Part shown: positions 9,128 through 17,737 of the stretch, piece after piece
How the letters are laid out: each line of letters opens with the position of its first letter
Numbering within the stretch: the stretch's first letter is position 1
Program-made: the position numbers and the translations under genes
Notes under the pieces: model-generated
What the model saw: only the letters and a program-made list of their open reading frames with translations
What the model was told of the DNA's origin: nothing
Databases searched by the model: none
From: Armatimonadota bacterium
GTDB lineage: Bacteria > Armatimonadota > UBA5829
Reading direction: 5' to 3'
Length of the DNA stretch: 64,000 nucleotides
Assembly (NCBI GenBank): GCA_050948905.1
Contig: JBMNES010000001.1
Coordinates: forward strand, 2,592,083 to 2,656,082

Positions 9128-11569
9128 CTATAGTGATGCGGCCAACTCGCCGCCTTTTTTCCTCTTCAACATTCTGGCAGATATTATAAAATAGCACAGC
9201 AATATAATCGCCGATATGCCGGATACGATAGCACCCAGCTTCAGGCCTGGCGGGAAATAGCGGAACTCGATGTTATGCTGTCCCGCAGGTAGCATCAGGC
9301 CGAGGAACCCTATGTTCACTTTCTCTATTTGTGCCGGCTGGCCGTCGACGAAGGCGCTCCAACCTGCGCCATAAGGTATGCTGAAAAAGACCATACGGGG
9401 CGCATCCAACTCTATTTTTGCCGCAAACCCCGTGCTGTCCGCCGTGTAGTCGGTGCAGGCGTGCTTTTTCATCTCTAAAGCATCGGTCATCCAATCGAAA
9501 TCGTTGCATTTAGCCGGGCCAGATGCGAACTTGTGCATATCACCGCCATATTTCTCTATCTGCTCGTCAGACAAAACAACAGCCTTCAGCATCAGCTTCT
9601 CTATGCAGTCCTTATATTGCGCCATCTGATTTTCGCTGATGTAGGTATCATACGAAAGCCCCATCGGCACATAATATTGATTTTCGTAGATATGCGTATC
9701 TGTTTTTTTTACAAGTTTGTAACCCGGCATCGTAAGAACAAAATCTTCTGGATCAAAATTCACGAAATACTTAACCGAGAGCAGTGAGCGCAGGGCGGGG
9801 CGGTTGAAGGGCATAATTGACGTTACTGCGCCTACTTCGCTGCAGTTGGTTAGATCCTCAAATACAGCGATGTGTTTTGTTCGAATGCTGGTAAACACAT
9901 TAGGCGAACTGACGTTTATAAAAGTGCTGTAATTTCGTATCTCGTGAGGATGGTCTATCCTGAAATAATGTGATTTTCCGGTATCGAGCATATTTTTTTT
10001 ATTTACCACTCTGTTGATTAGGTAATCCACATTTGTAGCTTTGGCACTCTCAACTCCAGTGTTAATTACGTCTCGATTATTCAGCTCAACAAAAAAAGCC
10101 AGGTTTGCGCAGGCTGCTATGGCTACGCAAGTCATTATGAAGCGATGACTAGAATTTTTGAGCAAAATCAAAAACAGCAGAAAATAATTGAGAAAGCAGA
10201 GCGCCCAAGCAGTAACAATGAGATTACGTCCACCCAAATAAGGATCGCCTGTAACAATATCAAACCACCATTGTATCAGCTCAAATTTAAGGAGACTGTG
10301 AAGCTTGGCTAAGACATTTGGGTACAAAGTTACTATCCCAAAAGGGATTGACAATACCCCACAAATTGACAGTGAAATCAGAGCATAGCCACGTAAAACG
10401 CTGTCCTTTAGGGAATCTCGTTGCTCCAAGACCTTTGTTGTGGCAAGTGTTAGAATAAATGCCAAACCAAACCACCATCGAGTATACATCCAGTTGGTAA
10501 ACCCGCTAAAAGCCGCATTCGAAACAGGTATGAAAGATAAGATTAAGCAGGTAAGTATTAAACGAGAGAGCCAGTTTTTGAACCTCGTCAAGTAGACAAA
10601 TACGAAAGCAAATCCAAACAAGGGCAGAAAAATGCCGGTAGAGGTCCAACTGTTCGTTAATGGAATAAAAGCGTGTCGGACTAGGCCTTCCGACGGCATA
10701 AAGAAAACCCGGATTAGCTCGAAGTAGCGCAGAGGCTCGTGAAATATCCATTGCTTTATACTTGCAGCTTGCTCCGTAGTTGCACGAGCACAGTCAAACA
10801 CCATATATATCTTCGGAAATACAACAAAGCTTGATAGAGCAACGCCAAGCAAATAACCTGTTATTATGGCGATTGGCATCCGTCCAAGTTTTTCGGATTT
10901 TGTATTGGTGTAGAAAACTCTAAACACGATATATAGGAAAAGAAACAAGCTGCTGGCCGCGAACATATAGAAACTTGCCAATGTATTGATACAAACTGCA
11001 AACGCAAATAAGGTAAAACCATATCTATGCTGGCGCAGTATCAATTCGATACCAATGATAAGCAGTGGAAACACAGCAACAACATCAGTAAACACGAGGA
11101 ACTGCGTGTTGATTATCGTGTAACCCGAAAAAGTATATAGTAATGCGCCAATAGCGGAATTACGACTTGATACGAACATATTCAGGGCTAGATAAGAAAG
11201 GCAAGCCGCAACCGCAAATTTCAAAATGTTTGTGTAGCCAATAGCCCAAGGCAACCATTTTTCCGGAAATAACATCGTCAGCCAAAAGAATGGGCTGCCA
11301 GATACTAAAGCACCCCCACCCGTACCCAGCCCTACTTTTTGGCTCCACCACGGCGTTCCAGTCATCAGCAGTCGCTTATATTCGAGTATCATAGGAATAA
11401 ATTGTTCGCTGAAGTCGCCACGGATGACATATAGCCCCTTAAACTTCAAAATAGTCGGCAGCATAGCCAGAAGCGCGATTCCGGCAGCCCATAGAGCTAC
11501 AGTCCAGCAGCGGATCGGTTTGGTCCCTTGCTCTATTTCCTGAGGTGTTTGTGTCTCCTGAGTGATCAT
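9128..11569 (-). CDS. YfhO-family integral membrane glycosyltransferase (GT-C like)
   Basis: 813 aa; about 13 N-terminal TM helices, large extracytoplasmic C-terminal domain and terminal TM anchor, the characteristic YfhO topology and size; start ATG abuts stop of wecE-like gene (11569/11570). Confidence 0.6.
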   Translation of the reverse strand: MITQETQTPQEIEQGTKPIRCWTVALWAAGIALLAMLPTILKFKGLYVIRGDFSEQFIPMILEYKRLLMTGTPWWSQKVGLGTGGGALVSGSPFFWLTMLFPEKWLPWAIGYTNILKFAVAACLSYLALNMFVSSRNSAIGALLYTFSGYTIINTQFLVFTDVVAVFPLLIIGIELILRQHRYGFTLFAFAVCINTLASFYMFAASSLFLFLYIVFRVFYTNTKSEKLGRMPIAIITGYLLGVALSSFVVFPKIYMVFDCARATTEQAASIKQWIFHEPLRYFELIRVFFMPSEGLVRHAFIPLTNSWTSTGIFLPLFGFAFVFVYLTRFKNWLSRLILTCLILSFIPVSNAAFSGFTNWMYTRWWFGLAFILTLATTKVLEQRDSLKDSVLRGYALISLSICGVLSIPFGIVTLYPNVLAKLHSLLKFELIQWWFDIVTGDPYLGGRNLIVTAWALCFLNYFLLFLILLKNSSHRFIMTCVAIAACANLAFFVELNNRDVINTGVESAKATNVDYLINRVVNKKNMLDTGKSHYFRIDHPHEIRNYSTFINVSSPNVFTSIRTKHIAVFEDLTNCSEVGAVTSIMPFNRPALRSLLSVKYFVNFDPEDFVLTMPGYKLVKKTDTHIYENQYYVPMGLSYDTYISENQMAQYKDCIEKLMLKAVVLSDEQIEKYGGDMHKFASGPAKCNDFDWMTDALEMKKHACTDYTADSTGFAAKIELDAPRMVFFSIPYGAGWSAFVDGQPAQIEKVNIGFLGLMLPAGQHNIEFRYFPPGLKLGAIVSGISAIILLCYFIISARMLKRKKGGELAASL

Positions 11570-12703
11570 CTAGGCGTCAAAGCTCCTTATGCACTCGATA
11601 ACACGGTTCTGGTCGTCAACGCGCAGATCGTTATAGAAAGGCAGCCTGACGAGTTGATCGCTGACTCTTTCTGTTACCGGGCAATCGTACTGCTCCCCGC
11701 CCATTTCCTTGCCCTGGTCCGAAAGGTGCAGCGGCAGGTAGTGGAACACGCTTTGAATGTTGTTGGAGGCAAGATATTGTATGAATCGCTGGCGCACTTC
11801 GAGTGACGGCATCAGCAGATAGAACATATGATACGGCTGCTCGCAGTGGTCAGGCACTACCGGCAACCGCACTCCATTTTGCTCCGCCCAGTCCGCTAGC
11901 CCCTCGTTATACATCTCCCAGACACGCCTGCGTTTGGCTTGAATGGCCTCAGCCACCTCAAATTGTGCATACAAAAACGCGGCCAGTATGTCGGATGACA
12001 AATAGCTCGAGCCTACATCCACCCAGGTGTATTTATCGACCTGGCCCCTGAAGAACCTGCTTCTGTTGGTCCCTTTTTCCCTGATTATCTCCGCTCGCTC
12101 TACCAGTGCAGGGTCGTTAATCAGCAGTGCCCCACCCTCGCCACAGGTGAAGTTCTTGGTCTCGTGGAAACTCTGAGTAGCCAGACAACCGAACGTGCCA
12201 AGCTGCTGGCCTTTATATTTGCCGAACAAGCCGTGAGCGTTATCCTCGACGACGCCGATTTTGTGCTTATTTGCAATATCCATCACGGCGTCCATCTCGC
12301 AACCAACTCCGGCGTAATGCACAGGAACGATCGCCTTAGTCTTGGATGTTATCAGCCCTTCCAGAAGAGATTCATCGAGATTCAGCGTATCTTCCCTAAC
12401 ATCTATAAACACCGGTTTTGCGCCGCGGAGCACAAAAGCGTTAACTGTCGAGACGAATGTAAACGACGGTACGATAACTTCGTCGCCCTCTTTTATATCC
12501 AGAAGCAGCGCAGACATCTCCAGGGCATGGGTGCAGGAAGTAGTCAACAAAACAGCCTGGCTGCCTGTTCGCTCTTTCAAAAAAGCGTGGCATTTTTTAG
12601 TAAACGGCCCGTCGCCGGAGATATGGCCGTTTGCGATGGCCTCTGCGATGTAAGCCAGTTCTTTTCCCTCAAAACAAGCCCTGTTAAATGGCACTCTCTG
12701 CAT
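11570..12703 (-). CDS. wecE: dTDP-4-amino-4,6-dideoxyhexose aminotransferase (DegT/DnrJ/EryC1 family, WecE/ArnB-like)
   Basis: 377 aa; long collinear similarity to E. coli WecE as recalled (SCTHALEMSALLLDIKEGDEVIVPSFTFVSTVNAFVLRGAKPVFIDVREDTLNLDE..., HETKNFTCGEGGALLIND, REKGTNRSRFFRGQVDKYTWVDVGSSY). Confidence 0.85.
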   Translation of the reverse strand: MQRVPFNRACFEGKELAYIAEAIANGHISGDGPFTKKCHAFLKERTGSQAVLLTTSCTHALEMSALLLDIKEGDEVIVPSFTFVSTVNAFVLRGAKPVFIDVREDTLNLDESLLEGLITSKTKAIVPVHYAGVGCEMDAVMDIANKHKIGVVEDNAHGLFGKYKGQQLGTFGCLATQSFHETKNFTCGEGGALLINDPALVERAEIIREKGTNRSRFFRGQVDKYTWVDVGSSYLSSDILAAFLYAQFEVAEAIQAKRRRVWEMYNEGLADWAEQNGVRLPVVPDHCEQPYHMFYLLMPSLEVRQRFIQYLASNNIQSVFHYLPLHLSDQGKEMGGEQYDCPVTERVSDQLVRLPFYNDLRVDDQNRVIECIRSFDA

Positions 12704-12718
12704 ATAACCTACCCCTGG

Positions 12719-13783
12719 TTAAATATCTATCACATCGACGTATATAGGATTATCGGACAATATAGCGTCACCGTCCAGCGTTTTAACATATAATAATAAA
12801 TGGACATCATTTTGGAACACATTTCGCAGCGCTTGAGTTACAGGTCCACCGATTTCCGAAGCCCCACAAATCGCATAGACTCCGGCGTCTAAGGCACGAT
12901 TGTTTACAGCGTTTACAAGCGTTCGCAGATCGTCAGCCTCGCGATATCCCGCCAGCATCAACCTGTATTGCTCCATTACCTGTCCCGGTTTGAGCACTTT
13001 CGGCACCGGAGTGAAAAGCCGGGCAGCGTCCAAAACGAATGAGGCAACGCGCATCCTGGCGTCTAAAGACCGAACCGTGGTCCTCACCACTTTGCCCCTG
13101 TCCCAATATCCCAAACAGGCCGCTATCTGCCCGTCCTCTTCCAACACCAGCACGTTTTCATAAGAAAACCCCGGCACTCTCTCAATGAACTCAGCAAGGC
13201 TATCTGCCGTATACGGCGAATACAAATCGTGCCCCTGCCAGGTGGCGTTTATCAACCCTGCTACTACTTCCAAATCATCACTCTTAAGGCACCGAACGGA
13301 CGATTCTCTGGCATTGACACTGTTTTTATACACCAGTTTGTACCTGGCACGCAAAGTCTTTTTCAAGCCATAGCCAGCCCTTTCGAACAAGGCTTTAGAA
13401 GGGTCGTTGGAATCCATTATGTAAACATATGATATGGCGGTTCCGTGCTGGCGGAAATAATCCTCCACATGCTCAATCAACGCACCTGCTACACCCTTCC
13501 GGCGATGATTCGGCGAGGTATAATAATTCCAGGAATAACCCACAATAGTCGATTTTCCGGCGACATCCACAGCCCTGACAGCACAACTCGCTGCGCCCAT
13601 TGGTTCGTTTTCTTCGTTGTGGGCTACGAATACTTTGCTCTCGGGATAGACGTCTGTTCGCCAGAAGTAATCAGGTGAATTGACTGAAGATATTGAACCA
13701 CCTTCTCCAAAGCTGGCCTGACCTTGTATAGTCTGCAATATTTGATTATCCGCCGGCGCAGCTTCACGAATCTTAATCTTCAA
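12719..13783 (-). CDS. tandem GNAT-fold acyltransferase
   Basis: 354 aa; N-terminal half has canonical GNAT motif A (HRRKGVAGALIEHVEDYFRQHG), C-terminal half is a second, degenerate GNAT-like domain; 11-nt overlap with upstream flippase-like gene. Confidence 0.6.
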   Translation of the reverse strand: MKIKIREAAPADNQILQTIQGQASFGEGGSISSVNSPDYFWRTDVYPESKVFVAHNEENEPMGAASCAVRAVDVAGKSTIVGYSWNYYTSPNHRRKGVAGALIEHVEDYFRQHGTAISYVYIMDSNDPSKALFERAGYGLKKTLRARYKLVYKNSVNARESSVRCLKSDDLEVVAGLINATWQGHDLYSPYTADSLAEFIERVPGFSYENVLVLEEDGQIAACLGYWDRGKVVRTTVRSLDARMRVASFVLDAARLFTPVPKVLKPGQVMEQYRLMLAGYREADDLRTLVNAVNNRALDAGVYAICGASEIGGPVTQALRNVFQNDVHLLLYVKTLDGDAILSDNPIYVDVIDI

Positions 13784-14714
13784 GCCTCGCTTTCGTCTCC
13801 TTCACAACGCATTTCCATACAGATAAATGAACCAGCGACAAAAGCACTGTCAAAAGCCCATAAGCCCTTAAAACCAACGCCCCCGCCTGGGCTTGAGGGG
13901 CCGTATTGCCGAAGTGCATAAGAAACTCCGTGACACCGACCTCGCTGACTCCCAGGCTGCCGGGTATGCAAGACAGCAGGCCTATGATGGTTATCACAGA
14001 CACAATCGCTGTCATTTTCTCAAACCCCGGATCAAGGGATAAGCTGGCCAGAGCAATTTGCCAGCCAAGGATCACTACAGCCCACGATATCGCGCTTACA
14101 AGAAAAACTACCGTGATTGTGGCGGCATCCCCGGCGCACGATTTCATCGCATCCATACACTCGCCGATTTTGCCTCTAACACCAGCCTTGTTTATGACCA
14201 GCAATGCGATTATCGCCGCGCCCACAATCCCCGCAGCGGCAGTATAAACCACCACCGGGTTCATCGATATACTAAGTCCACGAAACACGCTAAAGGCAGC
14301 CAGACCCGCCACTATAACCATATCGATTATCCGCTCTATTATAAAAGAGCCGTAACCCGGCGCACGATCCAGCAGGCCATATCGCTTAAGGAACTCTGTG
14401 CGCAATATCTCTCCGGACCTCAACGGCGTCAGAGTCGCAAGGCCTACGGTAATGGCGGTGCACATATACAAAGAGACCAGGCTGATCTTTACGCCCATCT
14501 TCCGCAGCAGTATATACCACCTCAGAGCACGCAAAACCCAATAGACCAGTATCGATACACCGCAACCGCATATCAAAAGCCAGAGGTTTGTCTGCAGCAG
14601 TATCCTGCCGATTGCCGCCCATTGGAAACTTCGTGCCACATACCACACGCACGCGGCAAATAACACCCCTCCGACTATCCAGACAATAGCGCGTTTTGCA
14701 GACAGATTGGACAT
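13773..14714 (-). CDS. flippase-like membrane protein (lysylphosphatidylglycerol synthase TM-region family, UPF0104)
   Basis: 313 aa, 8 predicted TM helices; N-terminal AKRAIVWIVGGVLFAACVWYVARSFQW...LRALRWYILLRKMGVKISL pattern typical of the MprF flippase-domain family. Confidence 0.6.
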   Translation of the reverse strand: MSNLSAKRAIVWIVGGVLFAACVWYVARSFQWAAIGRILLQTNLWLLICGCGVSILVYWVLRALRWYILLRKMGVKISLVSLYMCTAITVGLATLTPLRSGEILRTEFLKRYGLLDRAPGYGSFIIERIIDMVIVAGLAAFSVFRGLSISMNPVVVYTAAAGIVGAAIIALLVINKAGVRGKIGECMDAMKSCAGDAATITVVFLVSAISWAVVILGWQIALASLSLDPGFEKMTAIVSVITIIGLLSCIPGSLGVSEVGVTEFLMHFGNTAPQAQAGALVLRAYGLLTVLLSLVHLSVWKCVVKETKARLED

Positions 14715-14720
14715 ACCGTT

Positions 14721-15920
14721 CTATCCCGCCTTCACTGCCAGGCGAGATTTAAGCTCGTCTACTCGCTCGTCCAGTTCGCCTCTGTAATCGGCATAAATCA
14801 GCGCCTCGCCGACGCGATGCCTGCCGTTTATAAATGCCTCTACTGGTGCGCCAATCGGCAAGTCAATCGATATGTAGTCGACCCCGTTCTCATCTCTCAA
14901 CAAATCAAGTTGTTGGGCATCATAGTGCAGTTTGCCAGAACTGTGTGTGCCCAATAAGATTAAAGCGACCACTTTCGGCTCACCCAACTTAGGAAGCGCC
15001 GGTGCATCTCCGCACGCAGCCTTGACGCTGTATTCGACTATATCGAAATCGTAGCACTTTTTCCACAGTGTATTGAGCGAATTGCCACCCATACGGGGCG
15101 TCATCTCGATGATGTATATATCATCTCCATCAGCTACAAAATCGCAGTCAAACGGCCCATTCTTAATTCCGAGCATATCCCAAATGCGGCCCAACAGATC
15201 GAGTAATTTCGCTTTCTGAGCGCCCGATAGGGTTGATGGCACGTTGTGGCCACTGGTGGCAACATACGGCAACCCGACCGTCTGCCTGTCCGTTATAAGC
15301 GTAACGGCCAATCTTCCGTCTACCAGAATGCCCTCGCACGTCCCCTGCTGCCCATCGATATACTCTTCAATTACGCTCTGTCCGGTAGGGCTGAAACTAA
15401 CAGACTCTAGCAGCCTTGCATAATAATCATCAGGCGATTGCAATACAAAGATTCCCTTGCTGCCGGAAGACTTGTCGGGCTTGATGATCCATTTGCGCTC
15501 AGTAGATATCTCAACGGGCAACTCGGAGCCGACAGAGACTCTGTGCGATTGCGGGGATGGTAAGTCTTTGGTAATCAAAAAATCGCGAAACGCACCCTTG
15601 TCGCAGAGTATTTTAGCGCTTTCGTAAGGCGGGCCTGCCAGTCCCATCTTATCTGCAATATATGCGGCGGTAGGAACTGAGACGTCGGTGCAAGGGGAAA
15701 TAACCCCGTCTATCTTTTCCCGTTGTGCTATCTCAAGAACACCCTGCAAATCCGTAGTATCGACGTTATAACAGGCATCAGCCAGCGCATGGCCGGGGTT
15801 CGTTGGCACATTATCAGTGGTTACAACTCTGTAGCCCAGCCGCCTGGCGGTATTAATGGTCTCCAATTGATACAGCGACGCGGCAAGCACAAGAAGCGTT
15901 TTGTCAGTCATATAATTCAC
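14721..15920 (-). CDS. ATP-grasp domain ligase
   Basis: 399 aa; ATP-grasp motifs KWIIKPDKSSGSKGIFV, VIEEYIDGQQGTCEGIL, IIEMTPRMGGN; start overlaps stop of upstream GT2 by 17 nt. Confidence 0.7.
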   Translation of the reverse strand: MNYMTDKTLLVLAASLYQLETINTARRLGYRVVTTDNVPTNPGHALADACYNVDTTDLQGVLEIAQREKIDGVISPCTDVSVPTAAYIADKMGLAGPPYESAKILCDKGAFRDFLITKDLPSPQSHRVSVGSELPVEISTERKWIIKPDKSSGSKGIFVLQSPDDYYARLLESVSFSPTGQSVIEEYIDGQQGTCEGILVDGRLAVTLITDRQTVGLPYVATSGHNVPSTLSGAQKAKLLDLLGRIWDMLGIKNGPFDCDFVADGDDIYIIEMTPRMGGNSLNTLWKKCYDFDIVEYSVKAACGDAPALPKLGEPKVVALILLGTHSSGKLHYDAQQLDLLRDENGVDYISIDLPIGAPVEAFINGRHRVGEALIYADYRGELDERVDELKSRLAVKAG

Positions 15921-16842
15921 TCACCGTGTAGCCTACCCGCACACCTGTAAGCTGCTGGTTAAAGCGAGAAAGATATAAGCTGAATATCAGCAGGCAAAAC
16001 AGCGTAATGGCGTTGAAAAACGACGTAATGACCACCAGACTCGCCCAACCCGGCACAGCAGCACCCAATATCAAGACTCTATATATCACGACCAAAGATA
16101 GCAAAATCGCAAACGAAAACGCGGCAGCGCAAGCAATGGCGACAAGATAGACCGGATAGACCGAATAGCTGAACATAAGGTTCGCCGCCAAAAGCATGCT
16201 GCGTCTGATGTTATATCGAGATTTTCCGAATCGACGGGGCTCGTGAGCAACTTCAACGTTCGTATAAGAGGCAGCATGGGATAAGAGCATAGACGTAATA
16301 TAAGGGAACACGCCACCCATTTTGACCACGTTCTCGACGATAATTCGCTTCACAGCGCGGAAACTGGTCAACTGGAAATCCTTCGGCAAACCAAACATCC
16401 TGCGCTGGAGCATATCGATCATTCCACCGGCGGCGTTGCGAATCCCGCTGTGCTTTTTAGAGTCATAAGAGGCTATGGCCAGGTCAAAGCCTCGATCAAT
16501 AGCGGCGATTAGTTTCGGAATCTCCGATGGTGGGTTTTGGAGATCGTCATCCATCGTCACGATTATCTCACCCGTAACGAGAGAAAACCCGCACAGTATA
16601 GCGTTGTGCTGTCCGCTGTTTTTCAGAAGATGGACTATCTTCAGTCGATCCTCAAACCTGGATTTCAGGTCTCTCATCACAGCCCAACTGTTATCTGGAC
16701 TACAATCGTCGACCAGCACTATCTCAAAGTCCCGTCCCATCGTCTCAAGCACGGTTACAATCTCCGGGACAAGAATCGGCAGAGACTCCTCAGATCGATA
16801 CACCGGAATGACGACACTGATTTTGCCACTGGTTTTAGGCAA
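15904..16842 (-). CDS. polyprenol-phosphate glycosyltransferase (GT2; DPM1/GtrB/ArnC-like)
   Basis: 312 aa; ISVVIPVYRSEESLP...EIVLVDDCSPDNS...VTMDDDLQNPPSEIPKL plus two C-terminal TM helices, the architecture of undecaprenyl-phosphate sugar synthases. Confidence 0.8.
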   Translation of the reverse strand: MPKTSGKISVVIPVYRSEESLPILVPEIVTVLETMGRDFEIVLVDDCSPDNSWAVMRDLKSRFEDRLKIVHLLKNSGQHNAILCGFSLVTGEIIVTMDDDLQNPPSEIPKLIAAIDRGFDLAIASYDSKKHSGIRNAAGGMIDMLQRRMFGLPKDFQLTSFRAVKRIIVENVVKMGGVFPYITSMLLSHAASYTNVEVAHEPRRFGKSRYNIRRSMLLAANLMFSYSVYPVYLVAIACAAAFSFAILLSLVVIYRVLILGAAVPGWASLVVITSFFNAITLFCLLIFSLYLSRFNQQLTGVRVGYTVSELYD

Positions 16843-16854
16843 CTGTTACTCTCC

Positions 16855-17703
16855 CTAGATCGTTTCTGCGAATGCCGGTTCCAGGCGTTTGAAGTTGCGA
16901 TAGCCTATTATCAAAATCGTAACCGACGCCACCGCCGCTATTCCCACATAGTTCCACATTGGCGCCTGCCCTTCCAAAACACACTTCCTGACCCCATCGA
17001 TCAGCGGAGACATCGGATTGAGCATATACAAACCGAGATACTTCTTAGGTATCAGCGTGACAGGATACACAATCGGAGAAGCATACATCCAAACCTGCAA
17101 GAGCAGCGGCATCACGTGCCGGATATCCCTGTAAAACAGGTTCCAACTGGACAATATAAACGACACGCCCAGCATCAGACACATCTGAATCATCAACAGC
17201 GGAATCGCCAAAAGCGCCATCGGGCTGAGGTGAACTTTATAGTATATAATCAGCGGCAGCAATACTATGAGGCCCAGCGCCAGGTCCACCACCTTGCCTA
17301 AAATAGCAGATATCGGGAAGACCTCGCGTGGGAAATATATCTTGGTGATAAGGTTGAAGTTGGCTACCAGGCACTCAGAGCCTGCAGACATCCCGCCGGA
17401 GAAGAAAGTCCAGGGCAGCATAGCAATGTACGCGAAGATGGGATAAGGTATGTTGCCGGTGTCTATTCTAACAATGAACGACATCACGACCGTAAAAACA
17501 ATCGTCATCGCCATCGGCTGCAGTAGCGCCCACATAATGCCGAGCACCGACTGTTTATATCGCCCTCTGATGTCGCGGCGAGTCAGGCTTGCCACCAACT
17601 CCCTGTGCTGCCACAGGGCTCTTAACGCGCCACGCTTTTCTTCCTCCGGCCACTCCTCCTGAACTAATTCGGAAACTACACTATCCTCTACAACCTGCTC
17701 CAA
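16855..17703 (-). CDS. wzm: ABC-2 type polysaccharide export permease
   Basis: 282 aa; LWQHRELVASLTRRDIRGRYKQSVLGIMWALLQPMAMTIVF is the conserved Wzm N-terminal motif; 6 TM helices. Confidence 0.8.
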   Translation of the reverse strand: MEQVVEDSVVSELVQEEWPEEEKRGALRALWQHRELVASLTRRDIRGRYKQSVLGIMWALLQPMAMTIVFTVVMSFIVRIDTGNIPYPIFAYIAMLPWTFFSGGMSAGSECLVANFNLITKIYFPREVFPISAILGKVVDLALGLIVLLPLIIYYKVHLSPMALLAIPLLMIQMCLMLGVSFILSSWNLFYRDIRHVMPLLLQVWMYASPIVYPVTLIPKKYLGLYMLNPMSPLIDGVRKCVLEGQAPMWNYVGIAAVASVTILIIGYRNFKRLEPAFAETI

Positions 17704-17737
17704 ACTTCAGCCACCCCTACTTCCTGTACGAATCATC

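Noticed and set aside
12164-12793. 209-aa plus-strand ORF (also 14058..14663, 21529..21945, 24528..25145, 26710..27240, 45805..46437)
   Set aside because: Each lies antisense within a well-supported gene (wecE, flippase-like, rfbB, lipA, lepA, prfA); no recognisable domains
16537-17301. 254-aa plus-strand ORF, His/Arg/Gln-rich
   Set aside because: Antisense to the GT2 and wzm genes; composition (HRH, RRHRR runs) is a frame artefact
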